From positions 1-61,355 of the IMG/VR virus record IMGVR_UViG_3300025115_000011: DNA of 61,355 nt. One strand, written 5' to 3'. The notes beneath the pieces are model-generated. The model was not told the origin of the DNA. It did no database searches and was given only the letters and a program-made list of their open reading frames with translations. Position 1 is the first letter of the stretch, and each line of letters begins with the position of its first letter. Shown here piece by piece: positions 58,253-61,355 of the stretch. A program made the translations under genes and the position numbers. The DNA comes from a virus (taxonomy: Duplodnaviria > Caudoviricetes).

Positions 58253-58281
58253 TTGACATTTGGGCAAAGGTGCAGTATCAT
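58253..58281 (+). promoter_or_regulatory. sigma70 promoter giving a leaderless mRNA
   Basis: TTGACA-17-TATCAT, ATG 6 nt downstream. Confidence 0.65.
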
Positions 58282-58287
58282 AACACC

Positions 58288-58830
58288 ATGTCTACATACT
58301 TTACAAGCGATCAGCACTACGGGCACAGAAATGTTATAAAATATTGTAATCGACCGTTTGCAGATGAGCATGAAATGGACGAAGAGCTCATATCTCGCCA
58401 TAACAATACAGTAAAGCACGGCGACACCGTTTACATGCTCGGCGACTTTACATTTAAAGATCCAAGCAACTATCTGCGTAGACTTAACGGAAATCTGATT
58501 CTTATCCCAGGCAATCACGACAATCTAAATAAGTGGATGCACAATTCGTCTGGTAAAGTAGTACACATTGCACCACAACTGCACGAAGTAAGTGTAAACG
58601 GGCAGTTAATTGTTCTATGCCACTATGCAATGCGGGTATGGAACCAATCACACTACAATGCATGGATGCTATACGGGCACTCACATGGTAGTTTGCCAGA
58701 TGACCCAAATGCACTTTCGGTGGATGTAGGAGTTGACAAGTGGAACTATACTCCTGTATCATTCGAACAACTTAAAGAAGTAATGAAAAAGAAAACCCAT
58801 AAACCAATTGATCATCACGGAGCACAATAA
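58288..58830 (+). CDS. Calcineurin-like metallophosphoesterase
   Basis: SDQH, LGDF, GNHD, HY, GHSH. Confidence 0.9.
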   Translation: MSTYFTSDQHYGHRNVIKYCNRPFADEHEMDEELISRHNNTVKHGDTVYMLGDFTFKDPSNYLRRLNGNLILIPGNHDNLNKWMHNSSGKVVHIAPQLHEVSVNGQLIVLCHYAMRVWNQSHYNAWMLYGHSHGSLPDDPNALSVDVGVDKWNYTPVSFEQLKEVMKKKTHKPIDHHGAQ

Positions 58831-59883
58831 ATGACTTTTTATCTTAAGAACGGCGCAAATTTTAAACCAGCAGACGAAGAGGCTCTTAACCTACACGAAC
58901 ATCTACCTGCTGGTAACTACGTCATTAAAGTAGATCCGTTTGAAAATCTATACTTTGAGCAAATCGACGACTTTGATCTTCCATCCCGAATCTACGGCGA
59001 CACTATTCGAAATGCAGAGCGCATTATCAACACTTTCCAAGATCGCCCTGCAACAACTGGCGTTCTTTTAAGCGGCGAAAAAGGCAGCGGTAAAACTATG
59101 CTGGCAAAAATGCTTTCTGCACGTTGCGCTGAAGCAGGTATGCCGACTATCGTTATTAACTCTGCTTGGGTTGGTGACAAATTTAACACCCTTATGCAAA
59201 ACATTGAGCAGCCTTGCGTTGTCCTGTTTGACGAGTTTGAAAAAACATACGACCGCGATGAACAAACTCAAATTCTTACGTTGCTTGATGGTGTATTTCC
59301 AAGTAAGAAACTGTTTATTCTAACTTGCAATGATCAATGGCGAATTGACAATCATATGCGTAATCGTCCAGGTCGCATTTACTACGCACTTGACTTTGTT
59401 GGTCTCGACCAAGACTTCATTACTGAATACTGCAACGAAAATCTGATCAACAAACAGCATACTTCGTCTGTCTGTAAACTTGCAACACTGTTTGCTGAAT
59501 TTAACTTTGATATGCTAAAAGCACTGGTTGAAGAAATGAATCGTTACGGCGAGTCTCCGCAAGACGCCCTTGAGATGCTTAACGCTAAACCAACTACTGA
59601 CAAGAGTGGCAAGTATCATGTTACTCTTACTCGTAACGGAACTTCTGTAAAAGTTGAAAGCGACAGCGAGTTTTGGCACGGTAACCCAATTGCACACAAA
59701 GATGGCATTACTGTGTATGAGGACGAACCACCGGAAGGTGAAGATTACACCCACGTCTTCAGTCTGAACGACATCACCGAAGTTAATCCAGTTGAAGGCT
59801 CGTTTATCTTTAAGAACAAAAAAGGCATGATTGTAAAGTTTACCAAAGTAGTTAACAAAGAATTTAATTATTGGGCTTTTTAA
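58831..59883 (+). CDS. AAA ATPase
   Basis: GEKGSGKT, LFDEFEK, NRPGRI. Confidence 0.9.
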   Translation: MTFYLKNGANFKPADEEALNLHEHLPAGNYVIKVDPFENLYFEQIDDFDLPSRIYGDTIRNAERIINTFQDRPATTGVLLSGEKGSGKTMLAKMLSARCAEAGMPTIVINSAWVGDKFNTLMQNIEQPCVVLFDEFEKTYDRDEQTQILTLLDGVFPSKKLFILTCNDQWRIDNHMRNRPGRIYYALDFVGLDQDFITEYCNENLINKQHTSSVCKLATLFAEFNFDMLKALVEEMNRYGESPQDALEMLNAKPTTDKSGKYHVTLTRNGTSVKVESDSEFWHGNPIAHKDGITVYEDEPPEGEDYTHVFSLNDITEVNPVEGSFIFKNKKGMIVKFTKVVNKEFNYWAF

Positions 59884-59940
59884 TCAATGACTTACTTGTA
59901 CTAAAATTTGGTTGACTTTTACCCCAAATTCCGGTATAAT
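59882..59940 (+). promoter_or_regulatory. Early sigma70 promoter with IHF-consensus site
   Basis: AATCAATGACTTA 59882; TTGACT 59912 - 17 nt - TATAAT. Confidence 0.8.
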
Positions 59941-59970
59941 ACATACATCATAAACAAGCAGGAGTAGAAA

Positions 59971-60102
59971 ATGATCAAGTTTGTTGCTGGTTTTGTTACT
60001 GGTCTTGTTATTGCTACCGTTGGCTTCAGCGGTGTTGCTAAGTTGGGCGATCAAGTAGTTAGTGAAGCTAAGGTGCAGCTCGAACAGCAAGTTAAGAAGT
60101 GA
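59971..60102 (+). CDS. Small membrane protein (43 aa)
   Basis: SD AGGAG; MIKFVAGFVTGLVIATVGFSG. Confidence 0.65.
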   Translation: MIKFVAGFVTGLVIATVGFSGVAKLGDQVVSEAKVQLEQQVKK

Positions 60103-60374
60103 AAGTTAAACAGTTAAAATCTCGATTCTGAATCGAGATTTTTCCGCCAAGCGGTTCTTACTGGCGAAAAAGAGATGCTGTTAGGGTCTTAGCCAGAGAA
60201 TTTTGCAAGGAAAAATTCGGTAAAACATTATATATCCGGCCGATTGAAGAATTGCGGTGGTATGTTCCGTTTAATCGGCAAGGAGTCTACGTTTACTTTA
60301 GGAACGAAGCTGATGCTACTTACTTTCTCATGGCATTTAACCTCAATGAAATCAATGACTTACAACAGTCATAA
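60099..60374 (+). pseudogene. ORF with an in-frame TGA at codon 11
   Basis: GTG start overlapping the previous stop; open after TGA (60129-31) through ...YFRNEADATYFLMAF. Confidence 0.5.
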
Positions 60375-60409
60375 TTTTGGTTGACAAATAGGCCAAATTC
60401 CGGTATAAT
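60350..60409 (+). promoter_or_regulatory. Early sigma70 promoter with IHF-consensus site
   Basis: AATCAATGACTTA 60350; TTGACA 60381 - 17 nt - TATAAT. Confidence 0.85.
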
Positions 60410-60441
60410 AACATCATACGCTAACAAAACAGGAGCAGCAA

Positions 60442-60600
60442 ATGGGCACTTACCAAGTTCGTTTCCAATACGTTACAACTGGACATACATTTTTCCGTAA
60501 CTTGTGGGCTGCTAGTTTGGACCACCTGTACGAACAGTTTAATGACTATGCGCCTTACTGCCGTGTGGTCGGTGCTGATGCAATCACTCGCATTGCTTAA
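60442..60600 (+). CDS. Small early protein (52 aa)
   Basis: SD AGGAG, ATG at 60442. Confidence 0.6.
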   Translation: MGTYQVRFQYVTTGHTFFRNLWAASLDHLYEQFNDYAPYCRVVGADAITRIA

Positions 60601-60614
60601 TAAGGAGAACAACA

Positions 60615-61013
60615 ATGCTCGACAAAAACACCGTTGCCCAAATCCGTAAGGATGTTGATGCTGCCCTTGCTGCTGTTGCTGCCAAGCATGGGATCACTTT
60701 TAACATGGGCACCATCCGTTTTAATAGCGAGTCTATGCGCGGCACGTTGACTGCAACTGCTAACAATGCTTCTACTGGCCTTGCTGAACCGTTGGAGCTT
60801 AAGGAACTCAAGATCAAAGGCATCCGCATCCTGGGCATCGTCGAAAACGATCTGACACTGACTTACACTTCGCCCACGCTGGGCAAGGTCAAGTTCGTTG
60901 GCTACCACGCTCGCAAGCCGAAGTATCCGTTCATTATTGAAAAGGTTGGTAGCAAGAAGCGGTTTAAAATTTCGACCACTGCTGCAATGTCGATGATGAA
61001 GACGGGGGTTTAA
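60615..61013 (+). CDS. Early hypothetical protein
   Basis: RKPKYPF motif; SD. Confidence 0.75.
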   Translation: MLDKNTVAQIRKDVDAALAAVAAKHGITFNMGTIRFNSESMRGTLTATANNASTGLAEPLELKELKIKGIRILGIVENDLTLTYTSPTLGKVKFVGYHARKPKYPFIIEKVGSKKRFKISTTAAMSMMKTGV

Positions 61014-61234
61014 TGATGAAAACTTATCGGGAAACTGTAGAGCATCTAGGTATGCAAGTTTGGCATTCGTACATGAGCGGGAGCCTCAAATACTGGGATT
61101 GCGTGGATCTGGAGCTGGTTGCCTTCATTTATGAACGCAATTCCGATGACGTTTTTGATGATGTTGATGCTGCATTTAAAAAGCAGATCGAAATCAGTTA
61201 CGACAAGACCAAGGAAGTTGGTAAGGAGGGTTAA
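61013..61234 (+). CDS. Early hypothetical protein
   Basis: Coupled ORF. Confidence 0.6.
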   Translation: MMKTYRETVEHLGMQVWHSYMSGSLKYWDCVDLELVAFIYERNSDDVFDDVDAAFKKQIEISYDKTKEVGKEG

Positions 61235-61355
61235 ATGATGAAATTTAACGCAATCTTTGCAACATTTATTCCATGGATAGTGTTGTTTGTTGGGTATGTG
61301 TCTGATCGGTTCTACGATGCTGCATTGGTTATGGCTGCGTTTGCTCCGGTGTTGA

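Noticed and set aside
1-61355. Alternative genetic code (stop-codon reassignment)
   Set aside because: Genes are intact and densely packed under the standard code, and TAA, TGA and TAG all end recognisable genes; only one isolated in-frame TGA was seen.
1-61355. tRNA/rRNA genes
   Set aside because: No cloverleaf with a T-loop GTTCRA in any intergenic gap was recognised by eye; tRNAscan-SE would be decisive.

Overview
A 61-kb segment of a large, gene-dense, AT-rich dsDNA myovirus-like (T4-superfamily/jumbo-type) bacteriophage. The host is probably a Proteobacterium, judging from sigma70 promoters, AGGAG Shine-Dalgarno sites, IHF-consensus sites and a PhaR-like box. It has two expression classes: early genes behind near-consensus TTGAC-N16-18-TATAAT promoters, often with upstream IHF-consensus sites, and late genes behind T4-like TAAATA boxes, often apparently leaderless. 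Recognisable genes: class Ia ribonucleotide reductase (nrdA split in two by an antisense HNH endonuclease, nrdB, glutaredoxin), PD-(D/E)XK exonuclease, tailspike-like protein, PAAR-peptidase M15 fusion, bS21, Hsp20, ClpS, ClpP, RNAP omega, UDP-sugar dehydrogenase, amidinotransferase, and several homing endonucleases plus remnants. The strongest candidate novel systems are: (1) at least 15 otherwise diverse proteins share an N-terminal M-[RK]-A-x-[ED]-F-x-x-E tag resembling the T4 capsid-targeting sequence, and their bodies form an arsenal of modifying enzymes (ART-like paralogs, nucleotidyltransferase, ligase-like, kinase, GNAT, amidoligase, cysteine hydrolase, ParB-like), suggesting a signal-addressed, virion-packaged effector payload; (2) the two NrdA halves carry a splicing-dead split-intein (Hint) remnant that may act as a non-covalent clip; (3) a shared covarying 5'-UTR RNA with a ROSE-like thermometer precedes both hsp20 and a small phasin-like gene whose promoter holds a PhaR-like operator. 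All calls come from motif reading; no searches were run.
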